In this document: piece after piece, positions 1 to 9,958 of the stretch
Layout: the number at the start of each line of letters is the position of its first letter
How positions within the stretch are numbered: position 1 is the first letter of the stretch
Assembly (NCBI GenBank): GCA_050953835.1
Contig: JBMNNH010000022.1
Coordinates: 25,502 to 89,501, forward strand
Source: Acetivibrionales bacterium
GTDB lineage: Bacteria > Bacillota > Clostridia > Acetivibrionales > JBMNNH01
DNA: 64,000 bases
Direction: 5' to 3'
The notes under the pieces: generated by a model
What the model saw: only the letters and a program-made list of their open reading frames with translations
Told to the model about the DNA's origin: nothing
Database searches by the model: none
Program-made: the position numbers and the translations under genes

Positions 1-1
1 G

Positions 2-610
2 AAGGTTGGTCTTGTAACTGAGGCTCTGCATAGTTTAAAAACGGGCTCACATGTATGGATCAGGGGACCATTTGGAAATACTTTTCCTGTAGAGGAGATG
101 GAAGGCAAGAAGATATTCATTGTTGCCGGGGGATTGGGCTTGGCACCTTTGCGTCCATTAATCCTATACATGTTTGACCCTCAAAACAGGGATAAGTATA
201 AAGATATTCAAATGCTTCTGGCTGCAAGGGCTCCCAGTGATTTTGTGTACATGAGGGAATTTGATGAATGGAGAAAAGTTAAGGATACCCACATAACCCT
301 GACTATTGACAGGGAAGCTGAAGGATGGACAGAAAAGGTTGGATTCCCCCATAACCTAATAAAGGAAATGAATGTGGATTTTTCGGATACTTATGCAATT
401 ATATGCGGCCCGCCCATTATGATTAAGTTTGTTAATAATACTTTGGTGGAAATGGGAGTACCTAAAAACAGAATACTTACCACCCTTGAAATGAGAATGA
501 CATGTGGAGTAGGCAAGTGCGGAAAATGCAATATTGGGCACCAGTACGTATGTATAGACGGCCCTGTGTTTAACATGGAGCAGTTATCTGAAATGCCCCA
601 GGAGTATTGA
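2..610 (+). CDS. FAD/NAD(P)-binding oxidoreductase subunit with C-terminal [2Fe-2S] Cys cluster (PyrK / AsrB / sulfhydrogenase-gamma-like); 5' end outside window
   Basis: The frame is open from nt 2 (KVGLVTEALHSLKTGSHVWIRGPFGNTF) into track ORF 98..610. It has a GGLGLAPLRP NAD-binding-type loop and a C-terminal MTCGVGKCGKCNIG..C cluster typical of this family. Confidence 0.7.
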   Translation, partial: KVGLVTEALHSLKTGSHVWIRGPFGNTFPVEEMEGKKIFIVAGGLGLAPLRPLILYMFDPQNRDKYKDIQMLLAARAPSDFVYMREFDEWRKVKDTHITLTIDREAEGWTEKVGFPHNLIKEMNVDFSDTYAIICGPPIMIKFVNNTLVEMGVPKNRILTTLEMRMTCGVGKCGKCNIGHQYVCIDGPVFNMEQLSEMPQEY

Positions 611-702
611 TAATTTTTGCACAAACAAGGTAAAAATAGTATTTTGAAATAAAGTGTTTAGAACTGCATTATAAATATTCAAAAAAGGGAGGTTTGCTTT
701 TT

Positions 703-2382
703 ATGAGTTACAAAAGTGACATTGAAATTGCCCAAAGTGTAAAAATGGAGCCCATTGAGGAAATTGCCAAAAAAGTGGGAATTGAAAGGGAAAACATTGA
801 GCTGTACGGGGATTATAAGGCAAAAGTGGATTACAACATACTTAACAGCATGAAGGATAGGAAAGACGGGAAGCTTATCCTTGTAACGGCTATTAATCCT
901 ACTCCAGCAGGAGAAGGAAAGACTACTACATCAGTTGGCTTGGGAGATGCTTTGAATAGAATAGGCAAGAAGGTTATGATTGCTTTGAGAGAACCTTCAT
1001 TGGGACCTGTTTTTGGTGTAAAAGGAGGAGCTGCAGGAGGCGGATATGCCCAGGTAGTACCTATGGAAGACATCAACCTTCATTTCACAGGTGACATGCA
1101 TGCAATAAGTGCTGCAAATAATTTGCTGGCAGCAATGATTGACAATCATATATTCCAGGGTAACGAACTGGGGATTGATAACAGGAAGGTAACCTGGAAG
1201 AGATGTGTGGATATGAATGACAGGCAGCTCAGGTTTGTTGTTGACGGTTTGGGAGGAAAAACCAATGGAGTTCCAAGAGAAGACGGGTATGATATCACTG
1301 TTGCTTCAGAAATAATGGCTATACTCTGCCTGTCCAGAAGTCTTGATGACCTGAAAGAAAGGCTGAAAAATATAGTAGTAGGCTATACCAGGGATGATAA
1401 ACCTATAACAGCAGGACAACTGAATGCTCAGGGAGCAATGGCTGCGCTGCTGAAAGATGCTCTTAAACCGAACCTGGTTCAGACTCTTGAACACACTCCA
1501 GCATTTGTCCATGGCGGGCCTTTTGCAAATATTGCTCATGGATGTAACAGCATAATGGCAACCCAAATGGCATTGAAACTTGCAGACTATGTTGTAACTG
1601 AAGCAGGTTTTGGAGCTGACCTTGGAGCTGAAAAATTCCTTGATATCAAATGCCGTGTTGCTGGGCTCAAACCTTCTGCAGTTGTAATAGTTGCGACAGT
1701 AAGAGCGCTCAAACACCATGGTGGGGCAGCAAAGGCTGATTTGGCATCGGAAGACCTGCAAGCTCTTGAAAAGGGTATCCCGAATCTGCTTAAGCATATT
1801 GAAAATATTACCCAGAAGTATGGGCTTCCCGCGGTAGTTGCAATAAACAGGTTCCCGACCGATACCGAAAGGGAACTAAAACTGGTTGAAGACAAGTGCA
1901 GAGAATATGGTGCAAACGTTTCACTTTCCGATGTATGGGCAAAAGGCGGAGAGGGAGGAATTGAACTAGCAAATGAAGTAGTAAGGCTTGTGGAAGAAGA
2001 AAAAAGCAATTTCAGATTCATATATAATGAAGAAATGCCAATACTAGAAAAGATAGAAGCAGTGGTTAAGGAAATATACGGGGGAGATGGCGTTGATTAT
2101 ACAGGCCCAGCATTGAAGGAAATAAAGAAGCTGGAAGAAATGGGTTTTGGAAACCTGCCGGTCTGCTTTGCAAAGACACAGTACTCCCTTACCGATGATC
2201 CTAAGAAGCTTGGCTGGCCAAAAGGATTCAGGATTACCGTAAGAAACGCAAAAGTATCTGCAGGCGCAGGGTTTATTGTAGTGCTGACTGGTGAAATAAT
2301 GACAATGCCTGGACTTCCAAAAGTTCCTGCTGCTGAAAAGATAGACGTTGACTCAAGCGGAAGGATTTCCGGATTGTTCTAA
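703..2382 (+). CDS. fhs: formate--tetrahydrofolate ligase
   Basis: Full-length Fhs-like translation with the [12 protein letters not shown] nucleotide loop. GGGAGG at 687-692 favours ATG 703 ([11 protein letters not shown]) over the track's TTG 694. Confidence 0.95.
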   Translation: MSYKSDIEIAQSVKMEPIEEIAKKVGIERENIELYGDYKAKVDYNILNSMKDRKDGKLILVTAINPTPAGEGKTTTSVGLGDALNRIGKKVMIALREPSLGPVFGVKGGAAGGGYAQVVPMEDINLHFTGDMHAISAANNLLAAMIDNHIFQGNELGIDNRKVTWKRCVDMNDRQLRFVVDGLGGKTNGVPREDGYDITVASEIMAILCLSRSLDDLKERLKNIVVGYTRDDKPITAGQLNAQGAMAALLKDALKPNLVQTLEHTPAFVHGGPFANIAHGCNSIMATQMALKLADYVVTEAGFGADLGAEKFLDIKCRVAGLKPSAVVIVATVRALKHHGGAAKADLASEDLQALEKGIPNLLKHIENITQKYGLPAVVAINRFPTDTERELKLVEDKCREYGANVSLSDVWAKGGEGGIELANEVVRLVEEEKSNFRFIYNEEMPILEKIEAVVKEIYGGDGVDYTGPALKEIKKLEEMGFGNLPVCFAKTQYSLTDDPKKLGWPKGFRITVRNAKVSAGAGFIVVLTGEIMTMPGLPKVPAAEKIDVDSSGRISGLF

Positions 2383-2393
2383 AAATGGTGGCA

Positions 2394-2416
2394 GGGTGGC
2401 AGGAATACTGTCACCC
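2394..2416 (+). terminator. weak stem-loop after fhs (possible partial terminator)
   Basis: GGGTGGCAG-gaata-CTGTCACCC forms a 9-bp stem with one G-U pair. The downstream T-tract is poor. Confidence 0.3.
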
Positions 2417-2479
2417 ATTGCCATTTCCATTTGTGAATTATGTTATGCATGTTAAGCAAATATAGGAGGTGGAAAGGGA

Positions 2480-3109
2480 ATGATGATGGATAAGAGCTGC
2501 AAGGATTTTGTGCAAGTACTGGCTTCAAAAGCCCCTGTTCCGGGCGGCGGCGGTGCTTCCGCTTTTGCAGGCGCTATCGGAATGGCGCTTGGCAGTATGG
2601 TTGGAAACCTTACATTAGGAAAGAAAAAGTATGCTAGTGTGCAGGATGATATCCAGGGAATATTGAAAAAGGCAGAACTTCTCCAAAATGATTTATTAGA
2701 ATTGGTTGAAAAGGATGCGGAAGTATTTGAACCACTCTCAAAGGCTTATGGGCTTCCCAGGGATACTGAGGAAGATAGGAAAAAAAGAGATGAGGTTATG
2801 GAAAATGCTTTAAAGCTTGCATGTAGTGTGCCGGTAAAGATTATGGAAAAATGCATGGAAGCAATTGCACTTCACGAAGAGCTTGCTGATAAAGGAACCA
2901 GGATAGCGATCAGCGATGTCGGAGTAGGAGTCCTTTTCTGCAAGGCAGCTTTAATTGGAGCCAGCCTCAATGTATTTATCAACACTAAACTGATGAAAGA
3001 CAGGGAATATGCCCAAAGCATAAACATTTCCACTGAAGAAATGCTTGAAGAAGGAGAAAAGAGGGCTGACAAGGTCTATATGAAGATAATAGCCGGAATC
3101 AGGGAATAA
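2480..3109 (+). CDS. fchA: cyclodeaminase/cyclohydrolase family protein (methenyl-THF cyclohydrolase FchA-like)
   Basis: 209-aa helical protein with an N-terminus like the FTCD C-terminal domain (FxxxLASKAPVPGGGGASA). It sits between fhs and folD, and AGGAGG lies 10 nt upstream. Confidence 0.8.
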   Translation: MMMDKSCKDFVQVLASKAPVPGGGGASAFAGAIGMALGSMVGNLTLGKKKYASVQDDIQGILKKAELLQNDLLELVEKDAEVFEPLSKAYGLPRDTEEDRKKRDEVMENALKLACSVPVKIMEKCMEAIALHEELADKGTRIAISDVGVGVLFCKAALIGASLNVFINTKLMKDREYAQSINISTEEMLEEGEKRADKVYMKIIAGIRE

Positions 3110-3131
3110 CTTTTGGGGAGGTAGATATATT

Positions 3132-3983
3132 ATGGCTGAACTTATGCTTGGCAAAGAGGTAGTCCAGGCTATGAAGGACAGGATGTTGAATGATGTTGAG
3201 ATATTGAACAGGGAGGGTATACAGCCCTGTCTTGCAATAGTAAGGCTTGGTGCAAGGCAGGATGATCTGGCATATGAGAGAGGGGCTATTAAGAGGTGTG
3301 AGGGTATCGGTATAAAGCCGAGGGTTTTTGAATATCAGGAGGATCTTACCCAGGAGGCCCTAATAGAAGAGATAAAAAGAATAAATAATGATAGTTCAAT
3401 TCACGGAATTCTTCTCTTCAGGCCATTACCTAAGCATATAGATGAGAATGTAATCAAGCATGTTATTAGTCCGGACAAGGATATTGATTGCCTTAATCCA
3501 ATAAATGTTGCAAAGGTGTTTGAAGGGGATGAAACGGGGTTTGCACCTTGTACACCTGAAGCTGTCATGGAAATGCTGGACCATTACGGCATAGAACTGA
3601 AGGGTAAGAGGGTTACTGTTATAGGAAGGAGCCTTGTAGTAGGTAAACCGCTGGCAATGCTGCTTTTGAAAAGACATGCAACCATTACTGTTTGCCATAC
3701 AAGGACCCAAAACCTGGAAGAAACCTGCAGGAATGCTGAAATACTGATTGCAGCTGCAGGAAAGGCAAAAATGGTTACTGATAAGTTTGTATCCGATGGT
3801 CAGATTGTAATTGATGTGGGCATAAATGTGGATGACCAGGGTAATTTGTGTGGAGATGTGGATTTTGAAAAAGTGGAGGATAAAGTAAGCTACATAACTC
3901 CTGTACCAAGAGGTGTAGGTACAGTAACAACCTCAGTGCTGGCAAAACACGTAATACAGGCGGCAAAAAAGCAAGTGAAATAA
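3132..3983 (+). CDS. folD: bifunctional methylene-THF dehydrogenase / methenyl-THF cyclohydrolase
   Basis: 283 aa with FolD hallmarks (PLPKHIDE, GFAPCTP, VIGRS.VVGKP, VTVCHTRT, TPVPRGVGTVT). Confidence 0.95.
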   Translation: MAELMLGKEVVQAMKDRMLNDVEILNREGIQPCLAIVRLGARQDDLAYERGAIKRCEGIGIKPRVFEYQEDLTQEALIEEIKRINNDSSIHGILLFRPLPKHIDENVIKHVISPDKDIDCLNPINVAKVFEGDETGFAPCTPEAVMEMLDHYGIELKGKRVTVIGRSLVVGKPLAMLLLKRHATITVCHTRTQNLEETCRNAEILIAAAGKAKMVTDKFVSDGQIVIDVGINVDDQGNLCGDVDFEKVEDKVSYITPVPRGVGTVTTSVLAKHVIQAAKKQVK

Positions 3984-4037
3984 TAAAAGATAGTATGGTT
4001 AAAGATTATCAGATCTGGCTTACTGTATGCGGACAAT

Positions 4038-4086
4038 AAATACGGTATTCCGCCTCTTGAAGTGGAGCAGAATACCGTATTTTAAT
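4038..4086. terminator. bidirectional intrinsic terminator between convergent folD and the hemolysin-family gene
   Basis: Perfect 13-bp stem AAATACGGTATTC / GAATACCGTATTT (4038-4050 / 4070-4082), flanked by an A-run on one side and a T-run on the other. Confidence 0.8.
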
Positions 4087-4103
4087 AGAATATTTGATAG
4101 ATT

Positions 4104-5417
4104 TTATACCCTGCAGGCCTTTACCTTGCTTATGGTCTTATTTTCAACTTTTTCAACCTTAAATATCATGCCGTTGAATTCCACTGTATTTTTTTCGTCA
4201 CTATCCGGAATATGACCAATTTGTCCAATAATAAAGCCACTTAATGTTTCATACTCATCTACCGGCATTTTTATATTAAAATAGTCTTCTACATCATCCA
4301 GCCTTATAGTACCGCAGATATAATAAGTATTCTCATCTATTTTTTCAATGTCTTTTACAATTATATCATCTTCGTCAAATATGTTTCCTACTATTTCTTC
4401 CAGAAGGTCTTCCATTGTTACAAGACCGTCTGTTCCTCCAAAGTCATCTATCACAATAGCAATGTGGTTTTTTCCTTGCTTTAATTCCTTAAATAGCTCA
4501 TCTGTCTTTTTTGAACCGTGGATAAAGTAAGGGGGCCTAATGATTTTCTTTAATTCAAATTTATTCTTTTCTGAGTCTTTAAGTACACTTATTAGGTCTT
4601 TTGAATGCAAAATACCGATTATATTGTCTATAGTACCTTTATATACCGGAATTCTGCTAAATTTTTCTTTATCAACTACACTGATGACTTCTTCTAAACA
4701 TGCTTCTACCGGTAAAGCTACTATATCCATTCTACTGGTCATAATTTTTGATACAGCTGTGTCATCAAATTCGAAAATGTTTTTAATCATTTCTTTCTCA
4801 ATCTCTCTTATGGCACCTTTTTCTTCTCCTACATCTACCATAAGCTTTATTTCTTCTTCAGTAATCCTTTCTTCGTTTTCGCCGGGATTGACTCCGAATA
4901 ATTTCATAATTGAATTTGTGCTTAATGTCAGCAAACTGACGAAAGGCGATGTTACCCTTGAAATAAATGATAGCGGGTTTGCTGCAATAAGTGATATCCT
5001 TTCAGGTTTTTGAAGTGCCAGGCTTTTTGGTACCAGTTCTCCGAACACCAGCGTAATGAATGTCAACAAGCTAACAACCAGTATAAGAGACAGTGCGCCA
5101 GCAATTGCATTTAAGAACGGAAGCCCTGTTTTAATTAACCAGGAAGAGATAATATGGGAGAAACTTTTAGTAGCGGATGCACTTGCAAGAAATCCGGCAA
5201 GAGTAATTCCAACCTGTATTGTAGACAGGAACCTACTGGGTTCCTCTATTAGTTTCATTAGAACTTGAGCCTTTTTATTACCCTCATCAGCCATTTTTTC
5301 CAGTTTATTATTATTAAGCGTTATAACAGCTATTTCAGATGCAGCAAAAAAAGCATTAAAACCTACTAATATAACAATTAGAAATGATTGCCACAATATG
5401 TTTGCACTTTGTTCCAT
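4104..5417 (-). CDS. hemolysin-family membrane protein (CNNM/DUF21 TM domain + CBS pair + CorC_HlyC domain)
   Basis: 437 aa. The N-terminus has 4 TM segments followed by a CBS-pair region, and the C-terminal transporter-associated domain matches the typical TlyC/CorC architecture. Confidence 0.85.
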   Translation of the reverse strand: MEQSANILWQSFLIVILVGFNAFFAASEIAVITLNNNKLEKMADEGNKKAQVLMKLIEEPSRFLSTIQVGITLAGFLASASATKSFSHIISSWLIKTGLPFLNAIAGALSLILVVSLLTFITLVFGELVPKSLALQKPERISLIAANPLSFISRVTSPFVSLLTLSTNSIMKLFGVNPGENEERITEEEIKLMVDVGEEKGAIREIEKEMIKNIFEFDDTAVSKIMTSRMDIVALPVEACLEEVISVVDKEKFSRIPVYKGTIDNIIGILHSKDLISVLKDSEKNKFELKKIIRPPYFIHGSKKTDELFKELKQGKNHIAIVIDDFGGTDGLVTMEDLLEEIVGNIFDEDDIIVKDIEKIDENTYYICGTIRLDDVEDYFNIKMPVDEYETLSGFIIGQIGHIPDSDEKNTVEFNGMIFKVEKVENKTISKVKACRV

Positions 5418-5438
5418 ATAATAATTACTCCTGATTTT

Positions 5439-6545
5439 TTATTTATTATTTGCGGATGAGTCCTTTTTATTTAATAGCTCTTTGATTGGCCTGTTTTTGA
5501 CAATTCCTTTAATGATGTTTTTTAAAACAAGTACTGTTATCGGGGCAAGTATCAGCCCAAAAACTCCTATAAGCCTTAAACCTGCATACATTGCCGTAAG
5601 CGTCACTAAAGGATAAATCCCGATCTGATGCGACAGGATTTTTGGCTCAATAAGCTGTCTGACTATTAGTACTATTATATAAATAATAAGCAGTGATATG
5701 CCCATTCTGATATTTCCGGTTATTAGTTCGAACACTCCCCATGGTATAAGGACAGTTCCTGAACCAAGTATCGGGAGTGCATCAACAATGCTGATTATGA
5801 AAGCCAGAAGCAATGAATACCGGATACCAATTATCATAAAGCCGACATATAATTCAACGAAGGTTATAGACATCATTATTAGTTGAGCTTTTAGGTATCC
5901 GAAAAACGCAGCGAACATGTCATCCTTTATACTTGTTATTTTTCTTATCCAACTTTCAGGAAGCTGTTCCCGTAAGAAAACAGAAATCCTTTCCCTGTCG
6001 CTGGCTATAAAATAAGTTGATAAGATCGTCACTATTAAGAAAATCATAGTTTGAGGAATTGATATTACTGTATTAACAATTGCTTCAACAGTTGAATTTA
6101 ATACTCCTATCAAGGTAGCCGACATATTTGAAATAATATTACCCATATTATCTGTAATGTCTCTTGGCAGCCAATTGTAAATTTCGGTGCTTTTTATTAT
6201 AAGGCTGTTTATAATGCCATAAAGCTCAGAGAAGTATTTAGGCAGTACTTTTGAAATAGCTTTGATTTCTGAAACCAGTCTTATAATTATCAATGTAAAA
6301 ATCACGCCGAAAGGTATGATAACCAGTAGTAGAGTAATAGGTGCTGCAGTTTTTCTTGAAACTTTTGCTTTTTTGGATATAAACTTTATTATAGGCTCCA
6401 GTACTGACGATATAGCAAAAGCAATTATAATTGGTGCAACATAATAAATAAGCTTATATACCGCATATAACAAGACTGCCAGCAATAAGGCTGCAATTAT
6501 GATTTTAATAAGCTTTTTAAAATCCAAACCGTTTTGTTCAATCAT
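5439..6545 (-). CDS. AI-2E family transporter (YtvI-like sporulation integral membrane protein)
   Basis: 368-aa polytopic membrane protein whose size and TM layout fit the PerM/AI-2E/YtvI family. Confidence 0.7.
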   Translation of the reverse strand: MIEQNGLDFKKLIKIIIAALLLAVLLYAVYKLIYYVAPIIIAFAISSVLEPIIKFISKKAKVSRKTAAPITLLLVIIPFGVIFTLIIIRLVSEIKAISKVLPKYFSELYGIINSLIIKSTEIYNWLPRDITDNMGNIISNMSATLIGVLNSTVEAIVNTVISIPQTMIFLIVTILSTYFIASDRERISVFLREQLPESWIRKITSIKDDMFAAFFGYLKAQLIMMSITFVELYVGFMIIGIRYSLLLAFIISIVDALPILGSGTVLIPWGVFELITGNIRMGISLLIIYIIVLIVRQLIEPKILSHQIGIYPLVTLTAMYAGLRLIGVFGLILAPITVLVLKNIIKGIVKNRPIKELLNKKDSSANNK

Positions 6546-6809
6546 AAAGAAATTCCCCGTGAATCAGTATACTTCTTCATAAATCAGTATACCATCAATA
6601 ATTGTTTGCTAAAACCCTTTCGTTAATAAAAGATATGCAAAACAAAAAAATATAAAAACCCGTACTGCTGGGTCAAGAGAAGTACTACTAAATGGATAAA
6701 AGCAAGAAAACCTTGGGACTTTCTCCCAAACCCTTTAAGACAGAATTGGAACGGAATTTACTTTTGAAATGAAGTTTACAGAATATTGATAAAAAAATTA
6801 TAACTTGTA

Positions 6810-6838
6810 TTGACAAAAATATTATTAATTTATATAAT
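6810..6838 (+). promoter_or_regulatory. consensus sigma-A promoter for the regulator / dehydrogenase operon
   Basis: TTGACA (6810-6815), an exact 17-nt spacer, then TATAAT (6833-6838). Confidence 0.75.
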
Positions 6839-6867
6839 AAAAGCATAATAAACAATCGTATAGAGAA

Positions 6868-6958
6868 TGAACAAATGTTCAAACAACGTTTTAATAATTT
6901 AAGCGTTTTTATTTTATAGCTTCAGTGAACAAATGTGCATTGCATGAACGAATGAATA
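6868..6958 (+). promoter_or_regulatory. three operator-like sites related to TGAACAAATGTTCA in the leader
   Basis: There is a perfect 6-2-6 palindrome TGAACAAATGTTCA at 6868-6881 and a one-mismatch copy TGAACAAATGTGCA at 6926-6939. A degenerate copy TGAACGAATGAATA lies at 6945-6958. All three sit between the promoter and the regulator start codon. Confidence 0.5.
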
Positions 6959-6972
6959 AGGTGGGTCATAAT

Positions 6973-7923
6973 ATGGATGAATTTAAAACACTGCTCACAA
7001 AAATTGCCTGGTCATACTATATTAATAATAATACACAGCAAGAAATAGCAGATAAACTCAACATTTCCCGTGTAAAAGTGACTCGATACTTACAAAAAGC
7101 AAGAGATCTTGGAATTGTGAAAATAACCGTATCTTTGGACCATGGCTATTGTTTTGAAAAAGAAGAATTACTAAAAAACCTTTTAAATATTGATGTAGTT
7201 AGTGTTGTTCCATCCACTGAAAAAAAGGAAAATGCTGAAAATGGTATAGGCGTTGCAGGTGCTCTGAGGATGAACCAGCTATTAACTGCAGATGACGTTT
7301 TAGGTGTAGCATGGGGTTTCACACTTTACAGTGTAGCGAAAAACTTACAACCGGTAAAAGAGAAGAACGGAAAGCAAATTCAAGTAGTGCAACTAATGGG
7401 AGGACTATCTCATAGTGATAAAATCAATCCTGAGGAAATTGTAAAAATGATTGCAACCAAGTTAAATGCGCAGGGAAACTGGATGAATGTGCCTGCAGTT
7501 GTTGGTTCAAAAGAAGCCAGGGATATTCTGATGAATGACGAGTCAGTAGCTGAGGTATTTCAGAAAACTAAGGAATGCACTATATGTATGCTTGGATTAG
7601 GTAATCTAACTGAAGCCTCATCTTTATATATGACAGGTGCATATAGTAAGGAAGATCTAAGGGTTTTAAAAGAAGCAGGAGCAGTAGGGGATATACTATC
7701 ACGTCCATATGATATTAATGGGAATCCAATAAAAATACCGCTTTCAGATCGGATTATTGCGGTTTCTTTAGAGCAGATTAAGAGTATAAAAAATAGGGTT
7801 GCGATTGCAGTTGGTAAACCGAAAATAAAAACAATAATCGGAGCTTGCAGAGGCGGGTACATCAATGAGTTAATTACGGACGAAGATACTGCGAATGCTC
7901 TTATTGAATACTTGGAACATTAA
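6973..7923 (+). CDS. SorC/DeoR-type sugar-binding transcriptional regulator
   Basis: N-terminal HTH (QQEIADKLNISRVKVTRYLQKARD) plus a C-terminal sugar-binding domain (GVAWG.T...). AAGGTGGG at 6958-6965 favours ATG 6973 over the track's GTG 6925. Confidence 0.85.
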   Translation: MDEFKTLLTKIAWSYYINNNTQQEIADKLNISRVKVTRYLQKARDLGIVKITVSLDHGYCFEKEELLKNLLNIDVVSVVPSTEKKENAENGIGVAGALRMNQLLTADDVLGVAWGFTLYSVAKNLQPVKEKNGKQIQVVQLMGGLSHSDKINPEEIVKMIATKLNAQGNWMNVPAVVGSKEARDILMNDESVAEVFQKTKECTICMLGLGNLTEASSLYMTGAYSKEDLRVLKEAGAVGDILSRPYDINGNPIKIPLSDRIIAVSLEQIKSIKNRVAIAVGKPKIKTIIGACRGGYINELITDEDTANALIEYLEH

Positions 7924-7990
7924 AATAACAGTTTTTCTGTCTAGTTGGTTTTAATCAAATTCAGATAAATATAAGGAGATATGATGTGGC

Positions 7991-8953
7991 ATGACAGTAC
8001 AAATAAGCAAAGAGAAGCTCGAAGAAATGTATATAAAGATGCTTCATACAAGGAACTTTGAAGAGAAGGTTGCGTACTTTTTTTCTATGGGTATGGTGCA
8101 TGGCACTACCCATCTTTATGTAGGTGAAGAGGCTACTGCAATAGGAGCCTGTTGTGCTCTGGAAGAAAAGGATCTAATAACAAGTACCCACAGGGGGCAT
8201 GGCCACTGCATAGGGAAGGGTATTGACCTTAACAAAATGATGGCTGAACTTCTTGGTAAGGAAACGGGATATTGCAAAGGCAAGGGTGGATCAATGCATA
8301 TTGCTGACCTTACAAGGGGTAATCTTGGTGCAAATGGAGTAGTAGGCGGAGGAATACCAATTGCGGTAGGAGCAGGTATTACTACAAAAATGAAAAAAAT
8401 TGACAGGGTAGTAGTATGTTTTTTCGGTGACGGTGCTGCAAACCAGGGTTCATTCCATGAGTCATTGAATTTAGCATCAGTATGGAAACTACCAATAATA
8501 TTCATCTGCGAAAATAATCTGTACGGTATGTCTGTGCCTATTAAAAAGCATATGAACATAGATGATATATCTATAAGGACTAAAGCATACGGGATTAAAG
8601 GAGAAGTGGTGGACGGAAACAATGTACTTGAAGTATACCAATCTGTATTTAAAGCTAAGAACTATGTAAAAAAGAACGGCCCCATGCTGATTGTAGCTAA
8701 CACCTATAGATGGCTTGGACACTCCAAAAGTGATGCAAATGTATACCGTACCAAGGAAGAGATAAATGAGTGGAAGAAAAAGTGTCCAATAAAGTTTATG
8801 AGGAAGTATCTGGAGGATAACAGGGTATTTACAAAAGATGAGCTGGATGCTTTGGAAAAAAGAGCAAAAGATGATATTGAGAATGCTGTAGAATATGCTC
8901 AACAAAGTCCGTATCCTTCAATTGACACAATACTAGATGATGTTTATGCGTAA
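7991..8953 (+). CDS. acoA: TPP-dependent dehydrogenase E1 alpha subunit (acetoin dehydrogenase AcoA-like)
   Basis: 320 aa, colinear with Bacillus AcoA as I recall it (STHRGHGHCIGKG, GKGGSMHIAD, and FFGDGAANQG..NL TPP motif). Confidence 0.9.
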   Translation: MTVQISKEKLEEMYIKMLHTRNFEEKVAYFFSMGMVHGTTHLYVGEEATAIGACCALEEKDLITSTHRGHGHCIGKGIDLNKMMAELLGKETGYCKGKGGSMHIADLTRGNLGANGVVGGGIPIAVGAGITTKMKKIDRVVVCFFGDGAANQGSFHESLNLASVWKLPIIFICENNLYGMSVPIKKHMNIDDISIRTKAYGIKGEVVDGNNVLEVYQSVFKAKNYVKKNGPMLIVANTYRWLGHSKSDANVYRTKEEINEWKKKCPIKFMRKYLEDNRVFTKDELDALEKRAKDDIENAVEYAQQSPYPSIDTILDDVYA

Positions 8954-8968
8954 GGGGGCATATAGATT

Positions 8969-9946
8969 ATGAGAGAAATAACCTATGCACAGGCTATAAA
9001 AGAGGCAATGTGTGAAGAAATGAGGAAAGATGAGAACGTATTTCTAATGGGTGAAGATGTTGGATTATACGGCGGTGCATTTGGTGTATCTGTTGGTATG
9101 TATCAGGAATTTGGTGAAGAGAGGGTAAAGGACACGCCGATATCTGAAGCTGCAATAGCAGGAGCAGCAGGAGGAGCTGCAGTAACAGGCATGAGGCCTA
9201 TTGCGGAAATAATGTTCAGTGATTTTACCAGCATAGCCATGGACCAACTTGCTAACCAGGCTGCAAAGATGAGATATATGTTTGGAGGAAAGGCCAAGGT
9301 ACCAATGGTGCTAAGGACACCGGGAGGATCGGGCACTGGGGCTGCGGCACAACATTCACAAAGTATAGAAGCATGGTTTTGCCACGTACCCGGTCTTAAA
9401 GTGGTAGTACCCTCAACACCATATGATGCAAAGGGGCTTTTGAAAGCCGCAATAAGGGATGACAATCCTGTTATGTTTTTCGAGCAAAAGCTCTTATACA
9501 GGAAAAAAGGTCCTGTTCCGGAGGAAGAATACATTATCCCTCTGGGAGAAGCGGAAATAAAGAGAGAAGGAAAAGATGTTACTGTCATAACCTATGGAAG
9601 GATGGTTCCGCTTTGTCTTGAAGTTGCCGGGGAACTTTCAAAGGAAGGAATAGACATAGAGATTTTAGACCCGAGGACTCTGATACCATTGGACAAGGAA
9701 GCAATAATAAAGTCTGCAAAAAAGACGGGCAGGGTACTAATTGTGCATGAAGCATGCCAGACAGGGGGCTTTGGTGGTGAGATAGCCGCAGTGATAGCCG
9801 ACAGTGAAGCATTCTTTTACCTTGATGCACCAGTCAAGAGGCTTGGAGGACTTGATGTACCCATACCATATTGTCCTGAGCTGGAGAAAAATGTGGTACC
9901 CACTTTTGAAAAGGTAAGGGAAGCAATATACGAATTGATAAAGTAA
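8969..9946 (+). CDS. acoB: alpha-ketoacid dehydrogenase E1 beta subunit (AcoB-like)
   Basis: 325 aa with a transketolase-like pyrimidine-binding domain and the E1-beta C-terminal domain ([30 protein letters not shown]). Confidence 0.9.
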   Translation: MREITYAQAIKEAMCEEMRKDENVFLMGEDVGLYGGAFGVSVGMYQEFGEERVKDTPISEAAIAGAAGGAAVTGMRPIAEIMFSDFTSIAMDQLANQAAKMRYMFGGKAKVPMVLRTPGGSGTGAAAQHSQSIEAWFCHVPGLKVVVPSTPYDAKGLLKAAIRDDNPVMFFEQKLLYRKKGPVPEEEYIIPLGEAEIKREGKDVTVITYGRMVPLCLEVAGELSKEGIDIEILDPRTLIPLDKEAIIKSAKKTGRVLIVHEACQTGGFGGEIAAVIADSEAFFYLDAPVKRLGGLDVPIPYCPELEKNVVPTFEKVREAIYELIK

Positions 9947-9958
9947 GGGGGGCTACAC

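Noticed and set aside
4027-4215. 62-aa plus-strand ORF spanning the folD/hemolysin-family terminator, and the 64-aa minus-strand ORF at 6688-6882.
   Set aside because: They lie across a terminator hairpin and a promoter/operator region respectively, have low-complexity translations and lack an SD, so they are spurious.
7924-7990. Possible sigma-54 (-24 TGGCA / -12 TTGC) promoter upstream of acoA, as in Bacillus.
   Set aside because: No GG-N10-GC element is present. The operon appears to be read from the sigma-A promoter at 6810-6838 through the regulator gene.
7984-8061. 25-codon out-of-frame ORF (MWHDSTNKQREARRNVYKDASYKEL*) whose ATG is better spaced from the AAGGAG at 7973-7978 than the acoA ATG at 7991.
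   Set aside because: The acoA N-terminus aligns with AcoA homologs only from ATG 7991, and an in-frame stop at 7982 excludes upstream starts. A 12-nt SD spacing is still workable, and the small ORF has no other support.
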